Below, one piece after another: positions 1 to 12,963 of a stretch of 64,000 nucleotides of DNA; the first letter of the stretch is position 1, and the number at the start of each line of letters is the position of its first letter. Under the pieces are notes generated by a model that did not search any database, was not told where the DNA came from, and was given only the letters and a program-made list of their open reading frames with translations. The translations under genes and the position numbers were made by a program. The DNA comes from Octopus vulgaris. Its lineage: Eukaryota. Location of the stretch: positions 70,308,001-70,372,000 of the forward strand of contig OX597827.1 in the NCBI GenBank assembly GCA_951406725.2. The letters run 5' to 3'.

Positions 1-1435
1 CGTATATTCACAGAGCTGGAACTCAAGAGAGAGAGTATCAAATTGAATATATTTAACAAAAAAAAAAAAAATTTTTTTTTAATGCTTATATCCATTTTCT
101 CATTTCCCATTGGATGTTTGCCAAAGTAGCTACCTCCATATACGAATTATAACCAGCTGGGATAGCTTTTCTATCACTAACCATCCCAGTTTAATGCAGG
201 ACTGGAGCACAATTTTTTGTTTGTTTTGTCTTTCTTTTTTAATGTAGGCAGTCAACCAGCATTGATCAGAGTAATGTTTCTAGAATAAAGATACCGTATG
301 ATGGATGTAACAAGGATTGAACTCACTGTGGTGCCTTAACTTAGGTCCCTATAAACAGTTTCAGATGGCATAAATTGCTCTATCCAGTTTTGGAGAGTGA
401 TGTCACTAGAGTCATTTGTATTTAAAATATAAAAGATATGGCTTCCTTATTGTTGTTATTTAAGACGTTATTCAAATGGTTTGTCAATAGAAATTATTTT
501 TAAAAAAAAGGAATAATTCAGGGGTATTATATTACAGTAGTAAGGGATTGTAAATGATGTTTAGCTCCTGGATCAGACTGGATGAAGCTGACCTATAATC
601 AAAAACCATTTCAGGTGTTACTATCCCATCTTTTTAGACGTACATAAGACAGTATTATCTAATGTGTGCTTTCCTTACTTAAAATGATAGGGTGTAATTT
701 GAGGGAGATTTGGTTGCTATTTCTAGTAGATCAAGCAACCATATAAATGCTCTCTTGGAAGGGAGGGTTACAGTGTATGGTAACTAGAGAGAATTCTAAT
801 ACTGTATGGTCATGAGGTAGTGTTGTAACAGAGTTGCAGCAGGATTGTAACACTGCACATTAGTAAGATGTAATACTATTTGTATTGCAGTAAGATTTAC
901 ACTAGTACTTCATTTTAAATTATTCACCCGTTCTCATAAGAAAATTTCATCATAATTCTGAGGAAAAAAAAAAAGTATTTCTGACATACAAAATACAAAA
1001 AAAAAAAGAAAAAAAAAAGTGAAGTATTTCTCAAAATACTCATATTTAATCTTTTTTGCAAATTTGGCCAGATCAGTTTTCATGCTACACTGAGAAAATG
1101 AGTTCTTTACAATCATTTCCAAATAGATATATATATCTATATATCTTTTTATATATGCAGAGAGAGAGAAGTGACAAAGTGTTATATAACATTGTTGCAC
1201 AACACAAGAAGTTAGGTTGGATGCCAATGGATATTCTTAGTAACAGAGATGTAACAGAAGTACCTTGGTATAGATCTGTGACCATTACAAACTCTGTTTA
1301 ATTCTCTATTGCACAGTATACCAACTGTGGTGGGATGGAGGGGTTAGGCAGAGCACTTCACTGTGTAATTTGATGAGCTGGATTCAGGTAGTATTTTACA
1401 AAAAAAAAAAAAAAAAAAAAAAGTCACCATGATGT

Positions 1436-2659
1436 TTACCAATAATAAATTTTCAGCAGTGGAGAGTCTTCTGTTAATGCAGCAGATAAATCCTGTGAAT
1501 CCGATGTAACATCTTCAGAAACTGTGGGTGGCAAATCAATGGAACACTCGACTTTTTCTTCCTCTTTCACCTCAGCCGTCTCTTTGTTGTCCTCGCTCAG
1601 AGCAGCGGAACTTTGCTTCACATTAATATTTGATAGAATTTGGTCAGAGTGTATTTTAGTATGGCGTAACAAATTACAGTTAGTGGAGAAAGATTTACCA
1701 CAGATATCACATATATACGGCCTCTCAGTGGTGTGCGTCCACTCGTGACGTCGGAGGTTGGTACTGGTGGAGAAGGATTTCAGACAGACAGAACACTGAT
1801 ACGGTCTCTCGTTCGAATGAGTCTGAATGTGACGCTTCAATTGGAAATTGTCTGGGAAGGATTTGTCGCACATGTCACACATGAACGGTTTCTGATCTGT
1901 ATGAGTCCAAATGTGGTGTTTCAGGTGTGTGCTGGTGGAGAAACTCTTTTCGCAGATGACACAACGAAAAGGTTTCTCCGACGTGTGAGTCCGTAAATGG
2001 CGCTGTAGATGGGAACCGTCGGAAAACATCTTCTGACAGATTGAACAGGTAAATGGCTTCACGCCTGTGTGAATTCGTGTGTGGATCTTTAGTGAAGATG
2101 AAGTTGTAAATGCAATGCCACAAACGTCACACTGAAAGGGTCTTTCGCCCGTGTGCCGCCTAATATGAGTTTTTAAATTCGTAGAGGTCGAGAAAGTCTG
2201 ATGGCAGTAACCACACTCGTACGGCTTTTCGCCCGTGTGTGTTCTGGTATGGATGCGCAAATCTGAACTGCAGGCAAAACATTTACAGCAATAGTCACAC
2301 TTGTACGGTTTCTCGCCGGTGTGTGATCTTGTATGAAGCTTTAACTGTGAAAACTTGGCATACGCTTTCGAGCAAATGCCACACTCAAATGGTTTCTTTA
2401 CTGAATGTGTTTTAATGTGTTTTTGCAAGAGGGCAGAATCATTGAAAGATTTTTTACAAACAGTACAAGTGAGAGGATCGATGACTTCGGTCATCGCAGT
2501 TGTCTCTTTATCCGCATCTCCAGCTGATGAAGTCTCGTTCATATTTTTCGCACTACTTTTTTCACTCTCTGTAAAATTCCCTTCCACGGATGCTTCAGAA
2601 TTGGAAGTTGTCAGAGAAGACATCAAATCTCCATCTGCAGCTTGCTCCATCATAGACAT
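1436..2659 (-). CDS. C2H2 zinc-finger protein, paralog A (407 aa, 10 tandem fingers, single coding exon)
   Basis: Ten C-x2-C-x12-H-x3-H units with TGEKP-type linkers, acidic Ser/Thr-rich N-terminus and acidic tail. Splice acceptor tttctcttttcag ends at 2678, 18 nt before the ATG, with an in-frame TGA in between. Confidence 0.95.
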   Translation of the reverse strand: MSMMEQAADGDLMSSLTTSNSEASVEGNFTESEKSSAKNMNETSSAGDADKETTAMTEVIDPLTCTVCKKSFNDSALLQKHIKTHSVKKPFECGICSKAYAKFSQLKLHTRSHTGEKPYKCDYCCKCFACSSDLRIHTRTHTGEKPYECGYCHQTFSTSTNLKTHIRRHTGERPFQCDVCGIAFTTSSSLKIHTRIHTGVKPFTCSICQKMFSDGSHLQRHLRTHTSEKPFRCVICEKSFSTSTHLKHHIWTHTDQKPFMCDMCDKSFPDNFQLKRHIQTHSNERPYQCSVCLKSFSTSTNLRRHEWTHTTERPYICDICGKSFSTNCNLLRHTKIHSDQILSNINVKQSSAALSEDNKETAEVKEEEKVECSIDLPPTVSEDVTSDSQDLSAALTEDSPLLKIYYW

Positions 2660-2957
2660 CTTTCACAGGTTTGTTTTCTGAAAAGAGAAACTCATATTTA
2701 GTGGCCAATCATAGAAACTATCATCTATTATATTTTTATTCATATTAAATCACATTTTCATGAACAACAGTAGCAATGAGTGTAAGTTTCCAACTAGTCA
2801 ATTACTGGTTCACCAAACTGGAGAGGGTGAAAAAGATATAATCTGCATAACTCATAAAACCTCAAGTAATTTTCATTTGGAAACATGGATTTATCAGATA
2901 TCTCACACATATAAATCACCGAGACATACACACACAAACAGCTTCCATACAGTTTCT

Positions 2958-3188
2958 TATTTCTTTACTGCCCACAAGGGGCTACACACAGAGGGGACAA
3001 ACAAAGACGGACAAACGGACTTAGTCGATTATATTGACCCCAGTGCGTAACTAATACTTATTTAATCGACCCCGAAAGGATGAAGGCAAAGTCGACCGCA
3101 GCAGAATTTGAACTCAGAACGTAGCGGCAGACGAAATACCACTAAGCATTTCACCTGGCGTGCTAACGTTTCTGCCAGCTCACCGCCT
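2958..3188 (-). mobile_element. tRNA-derived SINE family B (MetaSINE-like central domain)
   Basis: B-box-like GAGTTCAAAT and central GTCGACTTTGCCTTCATCCTTTCGGGGTCGAT. Multiple copies in the window. Confidence 0.8.
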
Positions 3189-4264
3189 TCCATACAGTTT
3201 CTGTCAACTAAAATCCACTCACCAATCCAAAGCTACAGAAGAAGACACTTTCTTAAGATGGTATGAAACCCAGAAACGTAAGTAAAAAAATTATACAACC
3301 ATATCTACATCTGTCATATGTTTTACACTGTTTACATCAGTCGAAACTAACAAATATTCAAAACAGTTGGTTGATGAGGCACTTGCCAAGGGATGGTACA
3401 CAGCCTCATTTGTTATTGAAGTCAGCTGCCATGGCTTTCCAGCTAGATTGGTGTGTTATTTCCTGCAGAAGATTGGTCTGGAACCCAGACAAAGAAAGCC
3501 ACCAAGGAGATAAGCATGGCAGCTGAAAGCAGCTTGAGGTGGCTGTGATTGACAAGAGCCCACAGGTGGGACCCTTCTTCAGGTGAAGATTGAATCCTTG
3601 TGCCCCTTGTTCAGGTTAAGCATATAGGCTAAGGGACAAAATGCTTGTGACCCCAAGACCTTGCAATACCTGCAGTTAGTTGTATGAGACGAAGCACCCC
3701 TGATGTTTGTTTCATTTCATAATTTTAAAACAAACATTTCCAAATGTAACTGGATGTAGAACATTCAATGAAGTCACCAAAATTCCTGATAACAGAGTGT
3801 ACAGAGGGATGTATGGGTTCAGGATTAGATAGACAATTAGATATACAGATGGATGGATCGATGGATATGTGTGTGTGTGTGTGTGCAAGTATTGTAGATT
3901 TATGAGTGATTCTTTTATTGCCTTCAGTCATTAGACAGTGGTCATCCTCATCAGTACTTGACCAGTGCTTATTATTTTTTTACCTCAAAGAATGAAAAGC
4001 AAATGCAATCTGGAAAGGGTTTGAACTTAGAATGGAAGAGGGACAAGGATAAATGAATTACACTGCAAGACACTATGACTGATGCTCTACAGATTCTGCC
4101 AGACACTGTACATATATTGTTTATAGCAATAGCATTAAACTAGAGAAACTGCTTAATAGCATAAATTATCATATGCCACATGAGGTAAACAATGGGGCAC
4201 TACTCCATCTGAGAGAGCACTTCTACAAAACATTCAAGGATTCTAGAATGCACATGCACTTCTT

Positions 4265-4585
4265 GCACTCCATCAGTTACGACGATGAGGGTTGCAGTTA
4301 ATCTGATCAACAGAACAGCCTGCTCGTGAGATTAAGGTGCAAGTGGCTGAGCACTCCACAGACACATGTACCTTTGACATAGTTCTGAGGGAGATTCAGC
4401 GTGACACAGAATGTGACAAGGCTGGCCCCTTTGAATTACAGGTACAATTCATTTTTGCCAGCTGAGTGGACTGGAGCAGCGTGAAATAAAGTGTCTTATT
4501 GAAGGACACAACGCATCACCAGGAATTGAACCCACGAACTTAAAATTGTGAGTTGAATACCCTAACCACTAAGCCACCTGCCTTC
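4265..4585 (-). mobile_element. tRNA-derived SINE family C
   Basis: A-box TGGCTTAGTGG and B-box GGTTCAATTCC on the minus strand. Body shared with 43054-43408 and 43659-44000. Confidence 0.8.
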
Positions 4586-4659
4586 GCAATGCATACCAAA
4601 TGATTGGTATGAAGTTATTCAACAATACATTCCAACCTCTTGTGCCACATACAAGATAA

Positions 4660-5042
4660 TCATCATCATCGTCGTTTAACGTCCGCTTCCCATGCTGGCA
4701 TGGGTTGGACGCTTTGACTGAGGACTGGCGAACCAGATGGCTGCACCAGGCTCCAATCTTGATCTGGCAGAGTTTCTGCAGCTGGATGCCCTTCCTAACA
4801 CCAACCAGTCCGAGAGTGTAGTGGGTGCTTTTTACGTGCCACCAGCACGTGGGTCAGTCAGGTGGTACTGGCAACGGCCACGCTCGAAAATGGTGTTTTT
4901 TACGTGCCACTTGCACAGGAGCCAGTCCAGTGGCACTGGCAACGACCTCGCTCGAATGTTTTTTCACGTGCCACCGGCACAAGTGCTAGTAAGGCAACAC
5001 TGGTGACGATCATGCTTGAATGGTGCTTTTTACATGCCACCA
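4660..5042 (-). mobile_element. Family D repeat: short element with RTE-like 3' tail ending (GAT)n
   Basis: CCAACCCATGCCAGCATGG...GGACGTTAAACGA(T/C)GATGATG tail and internal GTGGCACGTAAAAAGCACC repeats. At least 9 copies in the window. Confidence 0.75.
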
Positions 5043-6342
5043 AATTCTTAGATTTTTTTTTTTTTTGGCCACCACAACCACAGTGGCTTCTGTTCAGTGT
5101 AGATGGCTGGACCTGTACCAGCTCCACACAGGCCCAAACAGTCTCACTTATCTCTGTTCTGGTCATCCATATATAAGTTCATGTGCAGAGGCAGCACCAT
5201 GCCAGATGTGGGTGGAGGTAGAATTTGACTGTAAGTCTTAGTAGGATTTTGTGAGGTGTCAGAAACTAATTTGGAAGCTGAAGTATTTTCTGGGGTTAAA
5301 GAGGAAAGCCAGTCGGTAAGATGTAGTTTTTGTGTTCTGACCCCAAGAGTAATCACTAGTGATTATGAGGCCCTTCCATCAACTACTTTGATTTCACCAG
5401 GTTCAAAGGGCCTGCAAACTCCAAGGAGACAACTGCTTCCTTTCAGACTACACACTGTTAAAAAACAAGCAAATAAAAGTATAGAAAATGGCATTTTATT
5501 TTCTATAGCAATGGTTCTGAACCAGGGTCCATATAAGATTTTCTTAAAAATTCATCATCATCCTTTATCATCCATTTTCCATTGTGCAATAAATTCGTTA
5601 TACTTCTGGCAGATTTTCCACAGCCAGATGCCCTTCCTGTTGCCAACCCTCACCTGTTTCTAAGTAAGGTAACCGGTGGCTGCCAAGCTTGTGGTGGGCA
5701 GTAGCTAACCAATGGAACACAGGGGTCCCTCCCACCGTCAGAGGTAACCCGTAGCACCCATATCTTACGCCAATCTGAATGGACTTATCACTTGTGACTG
5801 CTACCTCTTGTGTATTTTCTGCCACTTTTTACAGCAGCACTGAAGTGTCCTCTCCAGTTTTGCGCAGGCCTGGGCTAGAAATAAGAAAATCCTGGGTATT
5901 AAGTAAGGCAATATTTCTTCATAACCCATACCAGCATCAACGACTGACATTAAACGATGATGAATGATGGACATGTTCTTGTGGAAGACTGGAAGCTAGC
6001 AACACTGCATGTATGATGGAGATGCTTATTTAGTAATGCAAGACGTCAAGATCAGGAGACACAAATAAACACGTAACACGTAAAGGGCACATGTGCCAGA
6101 GACACATGAAAGGCACCTGTGCCAGTGACACAAAATGCACCCACTACACTCATGGAGTAGTTAGCATTAGGAAGGGCATCCAATCATAGAAACTAAGCCA
6201 AACCAGACTAGAACCTAGTACGGCTCTCCTGCTTACCAATTCCAGTCAAACCATCTGACCCATGACAGCATGGAAAATGGACACTAAATGATAATGATCA
6301 TGTGTCTGAATGAATATATGTGCATGTGTGTGTGTGCACACA

Positions 6343-6376
<34 letters not shown>

Positions 6377-6380
<4 letters not shown>

Positions 6381-7127
6381 CGTGTGATGGGTAAATTGTC
6401 GTCATTTTATGTTTTTAATTTCATGCATGCACATTGGTTGTATTATTTGATTTTATCAACTACATAGTATAGTAGGGTCAGTTGGGCACCGTCTGTAAGA
6501 AAAGCAGCACCATGACACAATTGACTCTGCCAGAAATTTGGAAACGACATGCTGCGCTGCTTGGCATTCATGCTGGAAGCTCCAATACGAACATTTCGGA
6601 GGTGTAAATCTGAGAACAGTGCAGAGGATTCAGAGAGTTGGATGAGTCTAATGGTGACTACGAAGGTGCGGCAGCTCGGAAAACTCACCACTCTGATCAT
6701 TCTGATAAGAAAAGAACTCCTGAAATTTGTTGGTGAGATCCAGGCCATGATTGACAATGATCCCTCCAAGTCAATCAGGTCCATCACTAGGGACACGGAA
6801 GAGTCTGAATTTCTTAGTAGGCAAGTAATGCATGAAGACATTTAGTATTCCTCATAGAAGATGAAAAAGGGCCAATTTTTATCCCAAGCCATCAAGGACA
6901 AGAGGAAAGACCACGTTTTGAAGCTTTTGAACAAACTCAAGCATCCCCTCCAACTGAACATGCTTTGGTTTTTCTGCCAGAATCAGATGCTGAACACACA
7001 AAACAACCATCGGCTTGTTGTGTCCCCAAAGTATGTACCGATAATGATAAAAATCTAACATCTAGTTAACATCATGGTGTTTGGAGTGATCACTAGTGAT
7101 GGCAATGTTATGCCTCCATTCATCTTT
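6377..7127 (+). mobile_element. Degenerate Tc1/mariner (maT-like) transposon, 5' part
   Basis: IQAMIDNDPSKSIRSI HTH-like segment and MVFGVITSDGNVMPPF motif, with frameshifts and stops. Related to 51080-52254. Confidence 0.75.
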
Positions 7128-8116
7128 ATATATAACACCATACCTCAAACATTTAATCACATATAAGTAGTACCATGGTTTCTAAACATATAAAAGTATA
7201 TACATAGAAACACACAAAGTAAAAATATATATGCGAATAAAATACAAATATATAGAAGAGCCTATCAAAAAGGTGTATATATAAAGCTATAAATGATGGA
7301 GAAATATTATGATGAACATAATTTAACAATCAACATCAAAATACCACAACAAATTTGTTTCAATGGCCCCAAAACATGTAAATAGCTCATCTTGAGCAAA
7401 AGACTGCAATCCATATTGCTCCAGTCCACTCAGCTGTAAAAGGGTACACCCTACAACGAAATGATCTTTCAATCAGAGTAAATGATGCCCTGCTTCACTA
7501 GCCAGTAAGCAAAAGTAACAACAATGCAAGTGCACTGTGACCAGTAGTGTATAACAACATCCAATAGGCTGGTTGATACGTCCCATCTTCCATTCATGAG
7601 TAGGACGGTTGACAGGAACCAGCCAGGTAGAAGATTAATCCAGGTTACTGTATCTGTTTTGGTAAGGTTTTTACAGCTGGATGCCCTTTCTAACACCAAC
7701 CACTCTGCGCAGTGGACTCAATGCTTTTTACATGGCACTAGTACAGGTGAGGTCAGTTTTGGCATGGTTTTTACAACTGGATACCCTTCCAAATGCTAAC
7801 CACTTTACAGTGTGGACTGTTTTTACATAGCACCAGCACTGACAGGGTCACCAAGTATATATATATATCTTTTATCTATTACTTGTTTCAGTCAGTAGAC
7901 TGTGGCCTTGCTGGGGCCCCACCTTGAAGAATTTTTCGTCAAATGTATTGACCCCAGTACTTAATGGATTTCTGCTTTTGTTAAGCCTGATACTTCTTCT
8001 ATCAGCCTCTTTTGCTCAACTGCTAAGTTACAGGGATATAAACACATTAAAACGCTGGGTTGTTAAGTGGTCATGGGCAGACAAACAAAGACACACGCAC
8101 ACATTGATATATACAT

Positions 8117-8151
<35 letters not shown>

Positions 8152-8154
8152 CAC

Positions 8155-8187
<33 letters not shown>

Positions 8188-8566
8188 GAGAAAGTGAGAG
8201 AGATATATTCAAATGTCTGATGTCAAATAAGTCAACATCAAATCAACAGTGTCGAATAAGCAGGGCAAAAACAGCTGAGCCAAAACATCGATCCTGGTTC
8301 TTCTACCACTGCTCTCCTTTCTGTTCACCGTCTCAGTCACTTGCCTTGAACAAACAAACAAACACATTACAGAACAGTGAAGACCCTCACAGTTTTGCAA
8401 AGTTACAAAACTATCTCACAAATGTTTGCCTTCATGACAAAAAGCACACCACTACATTCTAAACTGGTTGACAACCAAGAAGAGACAACACAGGGTTGAA
8501 AGGATTCCGCAGTCTTGTCGACAACGACATACTAGTACAATGACGACACACTGCACACTCTAGTTC

Positions 8567-9114
8567 AGTGGTTCTCAATCAGGGTGCATATAACCCTTAG
8601 GGGTCTGGGGGAGGTAGGGCATGTAAGATTTTGTTGTTAAAATCTATGTGCAGTAAACTGGTTATATTTCTACAATACACAAAATATTAAAACTTTTTTT
8701 TTAGACAATTCCCAATAACATTTAACTATAAGAATATAAAAGGATTTTTTAGAATATTAAATGGCTATGAGAGTCCATGGTGGAGGTGTGTAGCTTAGTG
8801 GTTAGGGTGTTAGCACCATGATCGTAAAATTATGATTTCGATTCCTGGACAGGGCGACGCGCTGTGTTCTTGAGCAAAACACTTCATTTCATGTTGCTCC
8901 AGTCCACTCAGCTGTCAAAAATGAGTAACGCTGCGATGGACTGGCATCCCGTCCAGCTGGGGAACACATATGCCATTGAAACCAGGAAACCGAGCCCATG
9001 AGCCTGGCTAGGCTTTAAAAAGGGCGCATTTATTTATTTATTTATGAGGGTCCATGTGAATAAAATAGGAATCGGGGGTGTGAGGGGCATTGGTAAAAAT
9101 TGGTTGAGAACCAT
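8567..9114. mobile_element. Degenerate hAT-type MITE with a nested SINE (family C head, ~8781-9028, +)
   Basis: CAGTGGTTCTCAA start and TTGAGAACCATT end; internal tRNA-like head GTAGCTTAGTGG...TTCGATTCC. Confidence 0.55.
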
Positions 9115-11143
9115 TACAAGAAAAAAGAGCAGGAAAAAAAGCCCCCCACCATGACTCAATATTTGAGAGGGGTCAGTAGCATTATGTCAGGTATTGAGAG
9201 GATAAGGTATGACATAGGTACAAGTGCAGGTACCTTACTAGAGAGAAAATACATGGCTACCCCCACATTATAGAAGGGTGAATGGTGGTAGCTGGGACTA
9301 ACAAATAAATAAAAACTTTATCATTATTATGTTGATATTTTTGTACACAAAAAAGGTTTTTACATAAACTTATAATGGCTGGTTTTAATTTAAATGTGAA
9401 CACTTTAAAACATAATCCGATGATTTTGTTCCACAGAATCAAAGGCTGCCTTGGCAGCTGAGTTATCAAAAGTTCTGGGAAGAAATATCAAACTAATGTA
9501 AATACATAATTTTTTTTTAATGCCAATTTCTTCTAGAGACCCAAGGGCTGATGCCTAACTCTAACTTTTTTTTATGGCCTTATCAGACATGGAAAGGCAA
9601 CACGCACGATCCTTTTTAGAAAGTCCAAGAAAAGTGGGAGACAGTGAAGGTGTTTTTCCTCAGACCCTGCTAAAGGTACTTAATGTGTTAAACTAGACTT
9701 TGAATTAAGCTTAGCACCCATTGACATGACTCTTTCCCAGGATAGGACACCCAAATAACAATATTCTTTCCTGACAGCTGTGTGAAACGAACGAAGAATA
9801 TAGAACTGTGTTACCCTCAGGCAACAACGTGTTTGGAAATGATTCGAACTCGATAATTACGAGGTGATGGTGTTAATTCATACCGTATCTAATCAGTTAT
9901 CGAACACATACTTTTTTTTACCTTTATTCCTCCCATCGTATTTCGGCAACTTTTCGACGACAACAAAAAAAAATAATAAATAATAATAATAATAATAATT
10001 CTTTAAAATTCTGTCTCGATCAAAAGCTATAAAACAACTGACAGATATGTTAAGATCATTTATTGGTTTATATTTACATAGAAAAATATTGTCTGATTCA
10101 GCAATTTGTTTGTGTTCGACGTTGTCAAAATGCATCGGCAATTGTTGATGAGAGAAAACATGATTTTTCTGGTGTTCATAGATGTCACGATGTTATATAC
10201 CGCCTGATCTAGCACCATCACCATCACCTCCACTGTCACCCACAAGCACCTCCAAATGGCTAATAATTTATACAATTGACGAATTGAAGCGATTCCGTCA
10301 AAATGGCTAAGTAACAACAGCAAAACGAATCGAATTTAAAAGTTATTGTCTCAGCTGTAAGAGGGTATATAAAAGTAGCAAGATTCAATACCTTTTCTCA
10401 AGGACATCGGAGCAAAAAAATTAAGTAATTACCTGAGGATTTATGCTAAAAGATAGCGGTTCATAATCTCCCCGACAAACACTCATTCACATGCATATAC
10501 GCACATGGGGGGGTTTTCACCGGTTATATAAATCCCGTCGATTTTTAGCTTCGGTTCTAATCAGGTTAATATTTTGCTAACGACCTTAATCTTATCTCTG
10601 TCGCCTATTTACAAGATTAAAAAGAAATATATATATATAAAATACAGCCCCGCCACCAGCACCACCACCGCTTGCTTCTTCCATTTAAACTCCAAATATG
10701 AATGTATCTTATTTAGTTTATGTTACCAGTTTTGTTTCACCTCTAAAACATGTCATACGCCCTTCGTCTAGGAACGGATTTTGTGCATGTCAGCAGAAGA
10801 TGAACGGAATAGGAAAGAGACGATGGGAGCGGGGGGGGGGGGGACGAGACATTAAAAAAGGATCCTGTCTACTACGGTGCTGTCCATTTCTCCCGTCAAG
10901 TGACTTGTCCACCGAGACAGCACGGTCAACTCAAGCAACAAGGTCATCCCTACGATCGCCAAATATCCTTTCTCCATCTCCAAACATGCGAAGATTTTTT
11001 TCTCTCCAAACGGGAACATCACAACTAAAATAATAATCTTAAGGGGTCACTTGCACGTTGACAAGAAATTTTTCGTTTCTTTATCCGTTACGAAACAATA
11101 ACAGAACTTAGTTTTATTTTAGAAGACATCTACAAAGTATTTG

Positions 11144-11490
11144 GCATTTATATTTTCTATAGAATAGCCGGAATTTCTTTAATAATAATTTTTTTTTAAA
11201 AACCCTCATTATTCCTCCCCCCCCCTTTTTTTTGACCATAAATCCAACATGGCGGACAGGATCTGAATCTGACTTAATAGAATCCGTCTAAAAGACTTAC
11301 CAAGTCATTCCTTCGTACGTCTGCTTCTTTGATGGAACCCGCCTCTGTCCTCGTCTTCCTAGAAACTACTAACCTACAATTTCCAACTTGGCATTAAAAC
11401 CGTCGCAACCTCAACCAACCACAAGTCCAGGAGGCCCCCGGGGGACCCAAACGGCTCTGCCCTTCCTACTTTACAAGACTAATCAATAAA
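11144..11490 (-). promoter_or_regulatory. Putative promoter and non-coding first exon of paralog A (exon 3' end 11301)
   Basis: Minus-strand donor TTG|GTAAGT at 11300, YY1-type CAACATGGCGG at 11245-11255, locally GC/CpG-rich. A near-identical copy lies at the equivalent position upstream of paralog B. The link to the coding exon is inferred. Confidence 0.65.
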
Positions 11491-11535
11491 TATATAAACA
11501 AAATAAATGAAAACTGTGTCATCTAACACATACAT

Positions 11536-11568
<33 letters not shown>

Positions 11569-12379
11569 CGTGTGTGTGTGTGTATAGATATGAATGTATG
11601 TGTATATGTGATTGTTTGTGTGTGTGACAGATTTATGTATGTTTATGTGTGGCTAGTTTGTGTATTTGTGTATGCATGCACACAAGAAAAGATGAAGGAG
11701 GAGGAAAACAAAAAACATACCCGGAGACGGCACACAGGTAAATATGTGAGTATAGCAGTTCAATAGTGAACTGGTGCAGTCACTGGTGAAAACATGTCAT
11801 AGAGTGTCTTGGGTTATTTTCCAGAATAAAGGGGACCAAGTGTCGCTGGCTTCGACGACACCGACAGACAGATTGAAAGGGAGTGTTTAAAAGAGCACTG
11901 ATATATAATGTTATCGATGTATATATATATGTATATACATACATAGGAAAATATATAAACATAAATGGCAACAGCGTGTGAGGAATTAATTAGCAAACAA
12001 CAGGTAGGTGACCCTTCCGATGAGAAAAGTTCACATTGAGCTTTGGATATAAATAAATAAATAAATAAGATTAATAATGTGGAGAAAAAAAAAGAGAGAG
12101 AGAGAGAGAGAGCAGTGTAAGTTTCGTCTCTCGCTCTCTTTGTTAGAAGCTTAATGTTAAGACCATTCATCGGTGTTTAACGAAAAGTAGTTTCCCCTGT
12201 CAAATATTTCCCCCTGGCAACTATTTCGTGTTCTTTGGAGTACAAGGCTGTATTCGTATATATATATATATATATATATATACAAACACACTCGAACGTA
12301 TGCTTGTGTGTGTGATGTGTATATGGGTGGGTGTGCGTGTATAATTTTAACGTCAGCATGTTTCACAGTAAATTTTATA

Positions 12380-12418
<39 letters not shown>

Positions 12419-12963
12419 TGCACACACACACATATATAGTTGAAATTTATAGAAGAACAAAAGACGAAGATAGGTGTATGAACACCAAGAAAGTGTATTA
12501 GTTTGACGCTCGGGAAAAAGGGAAAAGTCTTTTACATTTCGAGCCTACGCTCTTCAGTAGAAAAGAATAAGAGAAAGTAAACACAAAGAGAGAATGAAAA
12601 AAACTTGTAGAGTTCAGTGGTCCAGTATTGCAAAGATATAATATATATGCAAGGACTTGGGAACAGGGAGTGCAGCGGGTGCCTTTGCATCCCCTAAAAT
12701 TTTGTGAAGGCACAAAATTCAATATTGCACCCCCTACTTACCTTTGCTAGACTTAGAAAATAGTGTTTGAAAATTGATCTGTAAAAAGTTACTTGAAGTT
12801 AGGTTTCTTTACAAAATAAGAACAAATAGCTGAAATAAATAAGAAACCGATAGAATAAGTACTAGGCTTACAAAGAATAAGTCTTGGGGTTGATTTGCTT
12901 GACTAAAGGTACTGCTCCAGCATGGCCACAGTCAAATGACTGAAACAAGTAAAAGAGTATACA

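Noticed and set aside
11234-11471. Duplicated block as a known structural RNA (U1, U3, 7SK, RNase P/MRP, telomerase RNA)
   Set aside because: ACTTACC is better explained as the complement of a splice donor. I could not find an Sm site, C/D boxes, P4 motifs or a CTAACCCT template. An Infernal/Rfam scan would settle it.
12527-12566. Minimal Penelope-type hammerhead on the minus strand (CUGAAGA...GAAA UGUA)
   Set aside because: Core nucleotides are present but stem I does not pair; at best a decayed relic.
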